Below, in pieces: positions 14,167 to 26,352 of a stretch of DNA of 64,000 nucleotides. The DNA is from Catajapyx aquilonaris. Its lineage: Eukaryota. The DNA lies in contig JYFJ02001666.1 of assembly GCA_000934665.2 (NCBI GenBank), positions 1 to 64,000 of the forward strand, given 5' to 3'. The notes beneath the pieces were generated by a model. That model saw nothing but the letters and a program-made list of their open reading frames with translations. It ran no database searches and had not been told where the DNA came from. Both the position numbers and the translations under genes were made by a program. How positions within the stretch are numbered: the stretch's first letter is position 1; every line of letters begins with the position of its first letter.

Positions 14167-14589
14167 GTAAGTAAAAAAAAAAATCAAGCAAGCTTTTCAG
14201 GGCTATGCACCCATTCAGCCACAGCCACCCAACCACCCCCGTCAGGACCCGCCCAAACCCTTCGCAAGAATTTACACGGACGTCAATCAATAGAATGAAA
14301 GTAACCCCCCCCCCCCAAACGTCACCAATTTTCCGATAAAGTCCCAATTTATTCACCGAGCCGACCCCATTATACAAATCAGGTCTCCACTTACTGATTC
14401 GTGCCTGCCTTTGTCGGCACACTTTCCGCTGGAACTAAGCACAGAATGAAAGAAAACTCAAAGCAGGATATATACTGATAAGCAAGGAGGCAGACTTTCA
14501 ATTCCTAGATATCGCTAGTCAGTGATAAGGTGTCACAGAAATAAAGTACTTCAGTGTTGGTGAAGTTTTTCTATAAGAGAACAAGTGAA

Positions 14590-14753
14590 GTTCCGAGTTC
14601 GTGGGTCGTTTTGAGTTATATGAAATTTTGCTTAAAGCTGTTATTTTTTGTAGCTTGTTGCGCCACTAACTAGGTGCCCTATTCTATAGCAACTGCTATA
14701 TTCGACTATCTGAGAATAATTGGGCATCTGGATCGGGGCGTAACAAGCTACAC
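14590..14753. mobile_element. MITE family M1, truncated copy
   Basis: Contains GTTCGTGGGTCGTTTT, AAAGCTGTTATTTTTTGTAGCTTGTTG and GGATCGGGGCGTAACAAGCTACA as in the other M1 copies; termini degraded. Confidence 0.75.
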
Positions 14754-14849
14754 ATTTGAATGTGTGGTTTGGGAGTCTTGGTCCGCTTGTTCCACCACCA
14801 GATTCGCTGTGTGTCGCCTGGTGGTTAAAGCAAAGATATCTGCTATATA

Positions 14850-15443
14850 CAGGGTGTTTCAGAGTCACGGGTCAAGCGCGCGCGAGGGGGTGGGGAAAAA
14901 TCGCAGGTGACGACAACCCCGGTCGCTTTTATAAAACAATTAAAAACACGGCAGTAATAAATTTATTTATTACGGCCTACGGCGTGACGTCACATCCTTT
15001 CTGTATTCGAATTGACCCCCGCGGACTGGCAAATGCAAGGCAAATGCTTTCGGTTGAACCTGGTTGAACGTTTTTAGCCTTGCGGGTTGCACTGAAAAAG
15101 GCGTTCTCCTGCTACACCGGTACTGAACACACCACTGTACAGTAGTACACTACGTTGTACAGTACCCTGCCGGTGTAGCATGAGAGCGCCTTTTTCAGTG
15201 CAACCCGCAAGGCTAAAAACCCGTTCAACCAGGTCCAACCGAAAGCATTTGCCTTGCATTTGCCAGTCCGCGGGGGTCAATTCGAATACAGAAAGGATGT
15301 GACGTCACGCCGTACGGCCGTAATAAATAAATTGATTACTGCCGTATTTCTAATTGTTTTATAATACCGACCGGCGTTGTCGCCACCTGCGATTTTTCCC
15401 CACCCCCTCGCGCGCGCTTGACCCGTGACTCTGAAACACCCTG
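14850..15443. mobile_element. 594-bp foldback MITE, Tc1/mariner type
   Basis: TA|CAGGGTGTTTCAGAGTCACGGGTCAAG...CTTGACCCGTGACTCTGAAACACCCTG|TA; near-perfect arms of roughly 270 bp. Confidence 0.92.
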
Positions 15444-16036
15444 TACACTGCTAGATGCATAACTCGCTATCCCTTTCCATACAAGCCGAGTGAAGCCAAA
15501 TCACGCCCAAAGTAAAGATGGCGTCATCGTTACTTTGGGCGGGGGAGCAGAAGCGGTCTTAGGGGCGGCCCCTGTGCTGATAGGCCAGACCGCAGTGGGA
15601 CGTTTCCAGGGGCGCGGGGCATCCCTTGAAGATGCCCAACTACGTACAGGCCACCAAGGCAGATCGATCCAAGTCGCCCAAAGCAGCCATCTTTGCTTTG
15701 GGCGACTGGCATAAACTCCATGCACTAACTGGCTTCACTTTTTCTTAGCAGTTATGTATCTAGAAGTTATATAATGCAGATATCTTTGGGTTAAAGTAAC
15801 TGAAGGAACGGGCCAAGCGCCGCAACTAAAGCCTAGCGGCACCCCACCTAACTATTGATATGCCGCTCTAAGGTCACGGGGGTCTGAGGGGGAAACCTGT
15901 ATGAAAAAAACGGAGTTGCAGTGGGGTGATTCGGTGTAATAAGCTATACCAAGAGCTAATAACTTACTAGCTCTTATGATAGCAGTACATACATGTGTCA
16001 CGAAAGTATTGAACAACAGTATCCTGGACCTTAATA

Positions 16037-16606
16037 CAGTAAAACCTCTATAAGTTGAACTTCCCTAAGTCGAAGTTCTCTATAAGTCGAAGAAAATGAT
16101 GAGCTTGGTTGGTCACAATGTAAAATAATAGGAAATAAACTTCCCTAACTCGAATTTCTATAACTCTAAGTGCAGGCAGGGCCTTTCGATGGGATATCAA
16201 TGCATTATCAGTCTCCCTATAAGTCGAAGTTCATGTTGGCGAGTACGGAAAATTTTCTCATTTCCCAGCCGAATGGTCGAGAGTAGGCCACATGCGCAGA
16301 GAAAGGCTCCATTTCCTGATCTCCGTCTACCAGACGGACCGAAAGAAGTGTTTGACTCGATTGTGACAATTGAATCCTTGGATTAAGAGTAGTCAAATGT
16401 TTTTACAACAAAACAACGAGGAACATTGTAAGTGTGATAGTGACAGTTATTATTAAGTTTTGAACACCTTTTGTCGCTGGATGTAAAGGTAGGCTTCCTT
16501 ATAGAGTTCTGTGCTTAAAAAAAGCCAAACTTCTCTAACTCGAATCTTCTATAACTCTAAGTTTTTTCCCGGTCCCACGGAGATTCTACTTATAGAAGTT
16601 TTACTG
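16037..16606. mobile_element. pogo/Tigger-like MITE
   Basis: TA|CAGTAAAACCTCTATAAGT...ACTTATAGAAGTTTTACTG|TA with repeated subterminal CTATAAGTCGAA and CTAACTCGAA motifs. Confidence 0.85.
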
Positions 16607-19106
16607 TAATCTAAAAATGAACACTAGAAAACCCCTCGCTACGCTCGCATTTTTCTATGGAGCAGGCGTAGAAAACCACTCGCTTCGCTCGCTTTTTAGG
16701 CCTGCGGCCTGCAGTGAACACTGTAATTTTAATCGCTTCCGACTTATAGACAGTGGTGATGCCCATCCTCCAATCATATGCATAACCCCCACATGTTCCT
16801 CCGAGCATTCACATATCTTTGATTCCCTACCTTGCGACCCATCTGCAATCCCACCTTTGCCAATGCAACGCGTTGCATTTGCTGGGAAATATGCATTTGC
16901 CCACCTCAACATATCCATATCTTTCGCTATATATTTTTCTTTTACCCCAATTAATAATTGTATGAACGAAAATTCACAACCTGTACCACTTCTGCTCGCA
17001 TGCACTCGCACATATGTATCTAAATTGTATGCACACTTTCCGACCATGTTTTTCTAACTGCTCATAACTCCCCTCTATTATAAACATCTATGGAACTAGG
17101 CAGTGTTTGTATTAGATGATCAAAAACTGGATTCATTCTTCCCGACACTTTCTTTTGACGTTCTCGGCCTATCCTCGGGTTCAGTGTTGAATATCGCGGC
17201 CAATTCTGCTTACCAACTCTTCCCACGGGGGTGCCAGTAAGGACCTTGTTTAAAAAACTGAAATTATTTTACTTTGCATATAAATGTCCATGGAGTTGGC
17301 ACCACTGATAAACAACATCCCGACAGTAGCCTATGTTCCGTTTGTTATGGCGTTCCATTCCTCCCTCTTCTCCCCCTCCTCTGTTGTGAGATCACAGTGA
17401 CGACGTGGGTGAAGGAGCGTGGAAGGGTAGAGGAGTGTTCACGGGAGATGAGATGTGTCCTCGTTGACGTCCAGCAAGCGACTGTGGTGTTCTTCCACCC
17501 ATTGCGCATGCTCGGAACGGGGGTCAATTGGAGGCATCGTGGTAATAATATGTCCAGAACAATGAACGCGGGCCAATAGGAACGTGGAGGTAACAATATG
17601 AGGCGGACCCAACAGAGGGCATAACCAATCCGAAACATTTTAATATTATAGATAATGTTTGGTATCTCGTAAGATTATAACGGGCTACAAAATATCCTCG
17701 TACGAGGCTGTCTTACTACTAAAACACACTAAAGCCTCCCTCCAGCTAGTTCATCACTAATGGGCCTTCATATTCAACACTAGACACCCCCGCCCTGTAG
17801 TGGGGGACGTCACAATAAAAACAGATACCAGTGGCACTGATATTTGATTATCAGCTTATTTAGGTAGCCTTTATAGGTGTCCGTTCTTAAGCAATAAAGT
17901 TTGGCGAAGTATATTTTTGTCAGAATATTAAATAAACTCGACACGACTTGCTGTAGTGGCACTATCCTGATAAGCTTTGAAGTAGGCGTACAGTAGAAGG
18001 TAGAACATAATGGTTTCACTAGGCTTTCTCTATCAAATACGAAACTTTCCCTACGTTAAGATGACATATCCGATGTCTAAGAATTTAAAGACTGCGTGCC
18101 ACTGCAAACTCCCAAATTGGGCTCTCACCTCTACCTCACCTAGAATGACACTTGGCCCTCTTCGCACGAAACCCGGCCAAATAAATTTTGGGTCGTTAAC
18201 CTCAGAAATTTCCTATGCCTATATTCAGCCGGTAACTTATACTCTTCCTGTGCCATTTTCGCTCTAGAGGCAAATGACACATAGCCGGAGACACTTGTGC
18301 TAATTGCATAAGGCATCTCCAGGATCTTGTTTCTGCTAACTCCCGAGCTACACGCTGCCGCATTGATTTATGCAAAGCAGCAGCACTGCTTTGCTGCTGA
18401 AATATCAGGGTTGAGCCCAAATTTCAGTTGAAGTACTTTGGGCTAACTTTACTGTCACTTGTCGTCATTTTGCAAAGCCAGGCTCATAATATTTTGCAGG
18501 CAATCCCTCCGCCATCGAATTGTACTTGAATGCCATTTTTCTGGGTGGGAAAAAATCATACGGATAAAAAAAACCTAATTGAGTCAGATTACCACCAGAG
18601 GAAATCTTGGTGGAGGAGAAAATCTTTGCATCAGTTGACTAGATTTGGCTCGGCGGAATAAATTGGGCGGTCAGAGTGCACTGGAATTTGGCCCCGGCTC
18701 TCATGCATAAAATTAATGGCCTGTAGCAATCTGCTTGATGCAACCCCCGCCACTTTTCCCATCTGCGAGGTGACGGAAAGAATGAAGAATCAATTTTTTG
18801 CCCCCATTTTAATTTAAAATTATTCTAGCCGGCCCCTCCAAAAGCCAAAAAGCCAGATTTGCATTTGTGGAAAACAGGCGATAAGTAGTGGAAACGCCAT
18901 TTATAGTACCATCCGCATTCCACGCCAAATCAGGTCCGGGTCGTCCAGACAATCCGGATCCACACCTATCCATGCGCGGACATCAGGTGCCCGTGGCTTC
19001 TTCCAGCTCCTCCACTCGTATTTCCACCTCGCCAAACATTCATAGCCATACACTAATATTTAAATTAGCTAATATTATCGAATAAATTCTTATATTAAAT
19101 CTACAG

Positions 19107-19298
19107 GTAAGTGGCTCCATGACAAACACGGGTCACAGCGTAATCTTTACGGTGGACCCTGCCACGAAGCACAACATCAACATCACTGGAGGTCCCCTGT
19201 CTTACAAGTACCAGTTCCACGAGATTCACATCCATTACGGCCTGCAGGATGATGCCGGCTCAGAACACACGCTCAGCGGGTACTCCTTTCCTGCTGAG
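19107..19298 (+). CDS. CARPB: CARP coding exon (H64, H94 and H96 region)
   Basis: ctacAG acceptor; 192 nt, VSGSMTNTGHSVIFTVDPATKHNINITGGPLSYKYQFHEIHIHYGLQDDAGSEHTLSGYSFPAE with NTGHS, HxHxG and GSEH motifs; donor GAG|GTACGT. Confidence 0.96.
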
Positions 19299-19360
19299 GT
19301 ACGTATTCAGCATGTACCGATGATGCAAAAAGTTTATGCCAACGTTATTCTCCCTTTCAG

Positions 19361-19456
19361 ATTCAGATTTTTGGTTTCAACTCCCAATTATACTCAAATT
19401 TTACTGAAGCCATCCAAAGAGCGCAGGGAATCGTAGCAATATCATTACTTCTTCAG
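19361..19456 (+). CDS. CARPB: CARP coding exon (H119Q position)
   Basis: Follows a 62-nt intron ending tttcAG; IQIFGFNSQLYSNFTEAIQRAQGIVAISLLLQ; donor CAG|GTATGT. E-I-Q replaces the catalytic E-L-H. Confidence 0.95.
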
Positions 19457-20266
19457 GTATGTCCGCAATTTTACATCTATATCTAATCTGAACACATTGT
19501 TTTGATGCCATAGCCACATAGCCATTCCACGTCCCCCATTAATAGCAGTTCCTCCCTGGACAGCAGCAGGCGCTTGCCAATAGACACAAGCATCACGAAA
19601 CCACTTCTTCCCAGGGTGATTTACACGCACAAATACCTGTGTGAAACCCCATGTTTTGCTGCCATAAATCCTCATTTTAGACCCGCAGCGGTTTATCCAG
19701 GTCCTGTATAGTATTTGGGGCGGGATGCTACACCCTGGACGTGCTGCGAAAAGCAGGCCAGACGCAGTTGGTGGTGCATGAAACAAAGGCAGCCAGCGAC
19801 ACAAAGCAAAGGCGGGTGTGTGTAGGTGGGGGTTGGAGCGGGGTGAGACATTTGTCGGGTCGGACGCCCTTTATCTGCTGCAAAAGCGAGGATATGAATC
19901 CCCGCCAGGCTCCCAGGCGAGTGTCCAATGAGAGGTCCCCGCAGGCCCGGAGCAGGATTGCCGGGGCTAGCATTTACGAAGCTAACTGGTCATCAAGTGT
20001 TAGGACGGCGTGGTCGGACCCTAGGGACCGACAGGGGCCGACGGGATTGAGGAGGTGGAGGAACGGCCAGAGAGAAGGAAAAAACCAGGCGCATTTGAAT
20101 TGCAGTTGGCACAAAAAGGAGGGCAAGTTTTCACCACTTTTGGAGAACTCCAGAAAAAGACTGCAAGGCCGCGTGGGTTTTCCTAATTATCTCTCTCAGC
20201 CTCTCATCCTACCACCTCGTTTCCTATGGCAGGCTCTTGTCACTCCTACCACAGCCTTATGAGCAC

Positions 20267-20548
20267 CGAGGTGGGGTTTCCGATTTGGCGCTGGTGTCGC
20301 TCCACAGTTCCTAAGGCGGCTCTGGTGGACGATTCTGCTAACGTGCTTCGGATCCAGCTGCAGTGCAAATTAAAATTCATACTGTAGTATTGTTATATTT
20401 AATTATATTACATTAATTTATTGTAGTAGTTGTTAATTGAATTCATAAGACCACTGTAGCTGGATGCTTAGCAGATTCGCAGAGTCGTCCGCCAGAACCA
20501 CGTCAGGAACTGTGGAGTGACACAAGGGCCTAATCGGCGACCCCCCTC
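20267..20548. mobile_element. Decayed foldback MITE
   Basis: Diverged inverted arms CTCCACAGTTCCT / AGGAACTGTGGAG and ATCCAGCTGCAGTG / CACTGTAGCTGGAT around an AT-rich core. Confidence 0.6.
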
Positions 20549-21865
20549 CCTATACCGGTGGCCGAGCTAAAGACTAAGCTCACGGGGCTGGTTAACCCTG
20601 GATAAATGTACAGATGCCAGGTGGGAAATTGTTAATGACGTTATTCGGGTTCCATTTGCGTGTGGCAACTTCAAAATCCAAGAAATCCCGTGCAGTCTTT
20701 TCCTGCGCCAACTATACAGTTTTATTTGATCAAAATGAGTCAAAATATTTCTTCAGCCAAGTTTTTGCCCCACTGATCTTAGTATTGTTCGGAGACCTAT
20801 ACAATGTGGCATTCGGCAACCCTTAAATTATTCTTAAGGATTCAGGGCACGTTCGAAGAATTCATCGCTAATGTCGTCGACGTCGACGTCACGCCCCGGC
20901 ATGGAATCAATCCCCCGATGAATATCGAATCTGTCATTGAGACAGATAACGGATCATGTTCAGTGGAGGCTCGTCCTTCTCTTAAAGCCCAAGCCAAATA
21001 AGATGATCGCCTCGCTCCAGAAAACGTGACTGCCATTAATTCCACCACCAACTTGATTATCCAGACGTCGTCCGTAATGAAGGAGATTTTTTTTTACTTC
21101 TCCTTTTCCTTCTTCACTCCCCCCTTTCCTATTCTAGGAAAAAAATACTAAGGGGCTAAATTCGTTGGTTTAGTTCATTTGGAAGGTTTTGACCTAATCA
21201 GGGAGCAAAGTAAGTTCCGTCGGGGGAAATTTGCGTGACACAGCCCCTAGAGTTTAGCATAAATATGGAATGAATTCATGCTCCGGGTAAAAAAAATTGA
21301 GGAAGATAATTTCACGTATTGGAACCCCAACAGATGTTGTTGGTCTATATTTAATTTCTTAATGCGTTTCCCGATGGCTCCATTCATTGATTGTCGATCA
21401 AAGTTGCAAAGTACATACCAGCGACATCCACTATGCAAATGTCTCCTTAAAAATTGAATTTGGGATCCTCTGATGCAACCTGGAAAAGGGGATAATTACC
21501 TCCTGGCTTGGCTGTCTCCGAACCTGGCATTGTATAAGCCGTAGTTTAGACTAATTTAGACGCATTCTCTGAGTCCGCAACCGCACGGGAGGAAGAGACT
21601 TGAACGATCCGCAGCAGCCGTAATTACCATGGCTCTTCTTCGAGTTAAGGCTGTAATATGTGGACATGGCAAAAGCGAATGGGAAGCCAAACGACCCATG
21701 ATGCACAATCCTGGATAGCTTTCGGAGCGATACACCCTCCCTTGTTTATGCGCCGACAGAAATATTGCGCCTAATTGGAACAAGGCTAATTACTGCAAAT
21801 GCAGTACGGTGCGATTAACCAGGACTAATTGCAGCTGATTTTAACTCGGCCCTGTTTTCTTACAG

Positions 21866-21932
21866 TTAGGTGACTTATCTAATCCGGAGCTCAGGATCCT
21901 CACCGATCAACTGGATCGTATTCTTCATGGAG
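21866..21932 (+). CDS. CARPB: CARP coding exon
   Basis: ttttcttacAG acceptor; LGDLSNPELRILTDQLDRILHG(G); donor GAG|GTGAGT; phase fits both neighbours. Confidence 0.93.
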
Positions 21933-21978
21933 GTGAGTTCGGTTCTGTTTCATAATTATATTTTTATCACTTATGTAG

Positions 21979-22116
21979 AGTCGCGGAAATGAGTAACGTA
22001 GCAGGCCTGAAGCTCAAATTAGCCTCCAAGAAAGGCAATACTCCCTCTACCTCACGAGCCTTGAAGAGGAGGCTAATTTGAGCTTCAGATCTGCTACATT
22101 ACTCATTTCCGCGACT
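21979..22116. repeat. Small hairpin element with a stem of about 49 bp
   Basis: AGTCGCGGAAATGAGTAACGTAGCAGGCCTGAAGCTCAAATTAGCCTCC pairs with GGAGGCTAATTTGAGCTTCAGATCTGCTACATTACTCATTTCCGCGACT with few mismatches. Confidence 0.85.
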
Positions 22117-24368
22117 ATGTGCAGAATGCTGACAGGCCTATATACGTGTAAGACAGTAATTATGACTCTCAGATTGGAAAATTGATGAAATAAAATTTGA
22201 CACTTATACCTGTTAATGTTCCCAAAATATAGACTTCATTTCGAGTACTCATTAACAATGAAAATGGGCAATAGTAGTCATTACATTTCTATATTCTGAA
22301 ATAGATTGTCGATTCTATACAAAGTCCAACTCTTAAGTGGACACTATTCAGCTGGCGGCAGTTATACCGCCTACGCAATCGCCATAAATCACGCATGAAA
22401 GGTCATAGGGGAAGGCAAAAATCTATACTCTCTCAACCGGAAGTAGGTTTATTAACCTGGGGAAGTAGTCCGACAGTCACTGTCAAACTATCCGAGTAAT
22501 CGCCATATGCTCATTGATATTGGAAGGGTCTCTGAAAGGCAATATAGTCGCTTATTTATGAAGTCACAGCACAATTCAGCTGCGTAGGTTATAGACTCGG
22601 GATCAGTGCCAAAGGGACAGTCACCGGCGCCAAAAATCACTATTGATTCTCGTTACTGTGGTTTGAAGTCTCGTGTGGCAAATCATATAGTTCGTACTGT
22701 TACTGCACTCATTCAAAATAATGAAAATATTGAACAGATTTGTGCTCCTCGAAAATCAGAAGTTGACTGATTTTTTAAAAAAAATCTCTCTCCAATTATA
22801 TGCAATTTTACGTAACGTTGAATTTACAATTGTGGCTCACAATATAAGGCAGGATAGATACACAAAATGAGCAAGAAGGAACAAATAGAAAATGTGCACA
22901 CTTTTCCACTCGCAAGCAGGGTGATTCGTACAGGGAACGGTAGAAGTTCTATACCAACGTCATCAATTTTAACTTTTCATTCCACCACCCCCTACCTTAT
23001 AACTTACTCGTTAGTCGCAGCGTGTAGGTATATTCCCCGCCGCAAAAAAACGGCGTCGCCCGAAGGTGATTACTATTACTACGTAATGAGCTAGTAGGCA
23101 ATATTGGATCCCCCCAGATCGACAACAATAGCTATATCCTGAGAGCCTAGGTTATGCATTCTCCATCAGGCCCTCCGAAGGTGTCATAACCCTTTACGGC
23201 CCTTCCGGGTAACCCATCCGACCCCCTCCCGTACTCAATAAGCGTTTGGACATGTTGACTAATAAGTGCAGGCTCCAATGAACACTCGAGGAAGTTGATC
23301 TGAGGGAGAGGCGTGAAGAAGAAGTGGGTGGCTGGGGTGAGGGTATCCAAGAAGCAGTCGGCCTGATGCATAAGTAATAGCCGGCAGACAGGCGGGATGA
23401 TCATCGTTGACTAACTATACCCGGTGACGGCATAAAATGCAATGGGTCTCTTGGGATGAGGCAAGAACGAGTCTTTTATGCGGAGCCATACCGGTGGGTA
23501 CCGGGGAGAAAGGTATGGGTCTGGGTGGGGGCATGGAGGGTGGTAAGTGCGGTGCGTTTTAGCAACGAATTTGCACACCCCCTAACTGATTTCCGAGCAC
23601 GAGACGCTTCTGAAAAACACGCTTGGGTATACATCTTCCGAGCACGAGCTTTCTTCACGCGATGTAATGTAGATATGGAGCGCCCTTTTGCCGGGTTCAT
23701 AAATCAGTTTTGAGCACGTTAGTAGCGGTTAGGGGACAAGCTTCTCTAGTTACATGGTACAGGGTAAGATATGTGAACTCATTATAAATGATGCAAGCGT
23801 TAAGGCTTGTTTTCACTTGTGCCATTTCTAGTGATTGATATTTTTATCGGATATTCTACCAGCTAACATGGCCCGACGAACTGTACAAATTATTTTGGAA
23901 TTAGATCGAACAATACTTACCATTTGACACTGGCTGTCTCAGATTTGTGGAAATAATACTGTACAGTAGTTGACTAGGAATGGGCTTCAAAATCCCACAT
24001 GTCACTGTAATAAAAGAAAATAAATCATATTACGTAATTATCCTTTCAACTCAAATTATACATAAGAGCAAACAAAATATACCCATATAACTCACAACGT
24101 GCTCGCAACACTTCTTTCCTATTGTGTCAGCTTGCTTGGTGTGCTCAGAATTTACACTCCTGCCACATTTATCTCTTGGAATTGCAAGGAAAAAAACCGT
24201 TAGTCTGGGTCGACCCCATCTAACAAATCCACAATAATTTGGCCAACATTACATATCCCAATATTTATCTATTCAAGTTTTGTACATTTGCATTTTTTCT
24301 TGTGCTCATTGTTATCTAATTGTTAATCTCAACCACGATCTCAACTGTGTCTTATCTATGCTTCTCAG

Positions 24369-24523
24369 GACTGGAGGCGCCAGTAAGACGCATATCTCTC
24401 CGCAGCCTCTTACCGGACACGGAATACTACATCACATATGACGGCTCCACCACCATGCCGTCCTGCCAAGAAACTGTCACCTGGATCATCATGAATAAGC
24501 CCATTTATATCACCAAGCAACAG
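24369..24523 (+). CDS. CARPB: CARP coding exon
   Basis: ttctcAG acceptor; (G)LEAPVRRISLRSLLPDTEYYITYDGSTTMPSCQETVTWIIMNKPIYITKQQ, the equivalent of the alpha-CA YxGSLTTPPCxExVTW motif; donor CAG|GTGAGA. Confidence 0.96.
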
Positions 24524-24703
24524 GTGAGATAACGCTAGCTTGGCCATAAAGGGCGAGTACACTTTCCATATAACTTATGAATTATACTGCCATTAATGAT
24601 CCTACTTGAGGGACTTGAATTACACTAGATATCTGGGCACTAGGAGGATTAATACCCTAATATATACTGTAAATGACGTCACAATGACATCACTCCCTAC
24701 TTA

Positions 24704-25488
24704 CAAGGGAATGACCAAGGGTCGTTCCCTCCGATTTGGCTGAAACTCGCTTGAGGGGGGACACTATAGATGGGTCGTTATACGATCGCAACCATCGCGC
24801 ATATCACGTGCCTCAGTGGATGCAATCCTGGAATGAAGCGGGATTTGTGCTTAGGCAGGATATGAGATGAAAACACGTGGCCCTTATTTCTAACACTGGC
24901 CAAGATCCAGGAAGTATGGCCGCCTCCAAGTAGAGCTTTCGGATGATTTCGAGGCAGATATCTGCACTTTACCATGGCGGCGTGTCGCAAAGTTGGCTTG
25001 GACCCTCCTGAGGAAGTAGGCGATGACCCTCGGAAGAGGAGGACGTTGAGAAGCCAAACACGAGAAGTCGTCCATCGGGTGTACACTTACTTCAACAGAG
25101 AAAAAGAGGCTGGTGCCCACCTCTGCGACGTTGCCAGAGCTACCGAAAGAACAGCTGGGGCCACGGGTGTAAATGGACGCGATTGCATTTCCCGCCGGAA
25201 ACTTGGCAACGTTGTGGGAAGGGGGCGTGTCCTGCGCGAATTGAAGTCCAAAAGCGGTTGCGATCGTTTATTGACCCATCTATACCACTTTTTGCCTTGC
25301 ACTTGTCCCTTCCCTGCCCGAGCCGTATACATACGCTCGGCCAAAATTCGGATGTTTCTGTCGATCATACCTGGGAAACGACTGAACATTGCCGTTTAGG
25401 ACTTTCACTACTGTGTTTATGAAAAATTATTTACCCCTCAAGCTAGTTTCAGCCAAATCGGAGGGGACGACCCTCGGTCATTCCCTTG
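24704..25488 (+). mobile_element. Non-autonomous DNA transposon with about 55-bp TIRs and a probable transposase N-terminal remnant
   Basis: CAAGGGAATGACCAAGGGTCGTTCCCTCCGATTTGGCTGAAAC ... GTTTCAGCCAAATCGGAGGGGACGACCCTCGGTCATTCCCTTG. Internal LRSQTREVVHRVYTYFNREKE...ATERTAGATGV recalls the HTH-containing N-terminus of insect IS630/Tc1/mariner transposases. Confidence 0.75.
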
Positions 25489-25771
25489 TTAGATGAATAC
25501 GCCATCCAATGCGGGTGTCCGTATTAGACAAGTGTAAGTTTATGTAAGCGTGATTCGAGTGCTGACTGAAATGTGGACAGAGGCGAGTGGTGTCACAAGA
25601 CGGGTCCCCCAAAATTAGATCAAGGAGTCGGCTGAGCCCAGGTGTCCTGCTCTTTAGACAAACGGACTTGGTTTTCCAAAGTGAGAAGTGCTGAGTGTGG
25701 TCTTTTTCCTTTCCTCCACCCCCACCCTCCACTTCCCCTTTTTTCTTTTTTCTTTTTTTTTTGGCAAGCAG

Positions 25772-25903
25772 CTCCACGCTCTCCGAAAACTAATGCAGGG
25801 CGACGGTCTGCATCCTCAAGCGCCTCTAGGGAGCAACTTTCGACCGCCACAGCCGCTGCATCATCGTCCGGTACGGACCAACATCGACTTCAACGTCAAA
25901 GAG
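25772..25903 (+). CDS. CARPB: CARP coding exon
   Basis: Long T tract then aagcAG acceptor; LHALRKLMQGDGLHPQAPLGSNFRPPQPLHHRPVRTNIDFNVKE with the alpha-CA NxRPxQPL motif; donor GAG|GTCGGT. Confidence 0.94.
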
Positions 25904-26286
25904 GTCGGTATACAACATCATCTGAACCTTATAGTACAGTAACGCACATTTTTCTTACAATTTAAGCCAAACTTCTTGAAACTCTTCCAGAAACAAACAT
26001 TGCAACAAAATAACAGTAGTACCCACAGCAATAATTCTCTATTTAAAAACATTTTTAAGAACACGCTTTATGAAGTAGCGAACTCGATTCTGAGAGCCTG
26101 TCACTCCGTCGTCTGGCGTGGAGGTTGCGAACTCACCTACTCACGTGACTACTACCGCTATCTGGCGTAGAAGTTGCGAAGTCACCCCCTAACGTGAATA
26201 CCTACTGCTAGATGGTGTGGGAATGGCGAACTCGCTGCACGCGTACTCACACACAACCGTGACGGTGAAGCTAATATAAAGCGTGC

Positions 26287-26350
<64 letters not shown>
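26287..26350. repeat. (AAT)n microsatellite
   Basis: Perfect trinucleotide run. Confidence 0.95.

Positions 26351-26352
<2 letters not shown>

Noticed and set aside
16037..16606. CRISPR-like spaced repeats
   Set aside because: The repeats are short, irregular subterminal motifs within a TIR element in a eukaryotic genome.
19741..20262. 173-aa ORF, the longest in the track
   Set aside because: Lies in a CARP intron, starts at GTG and has no recognisable domain.
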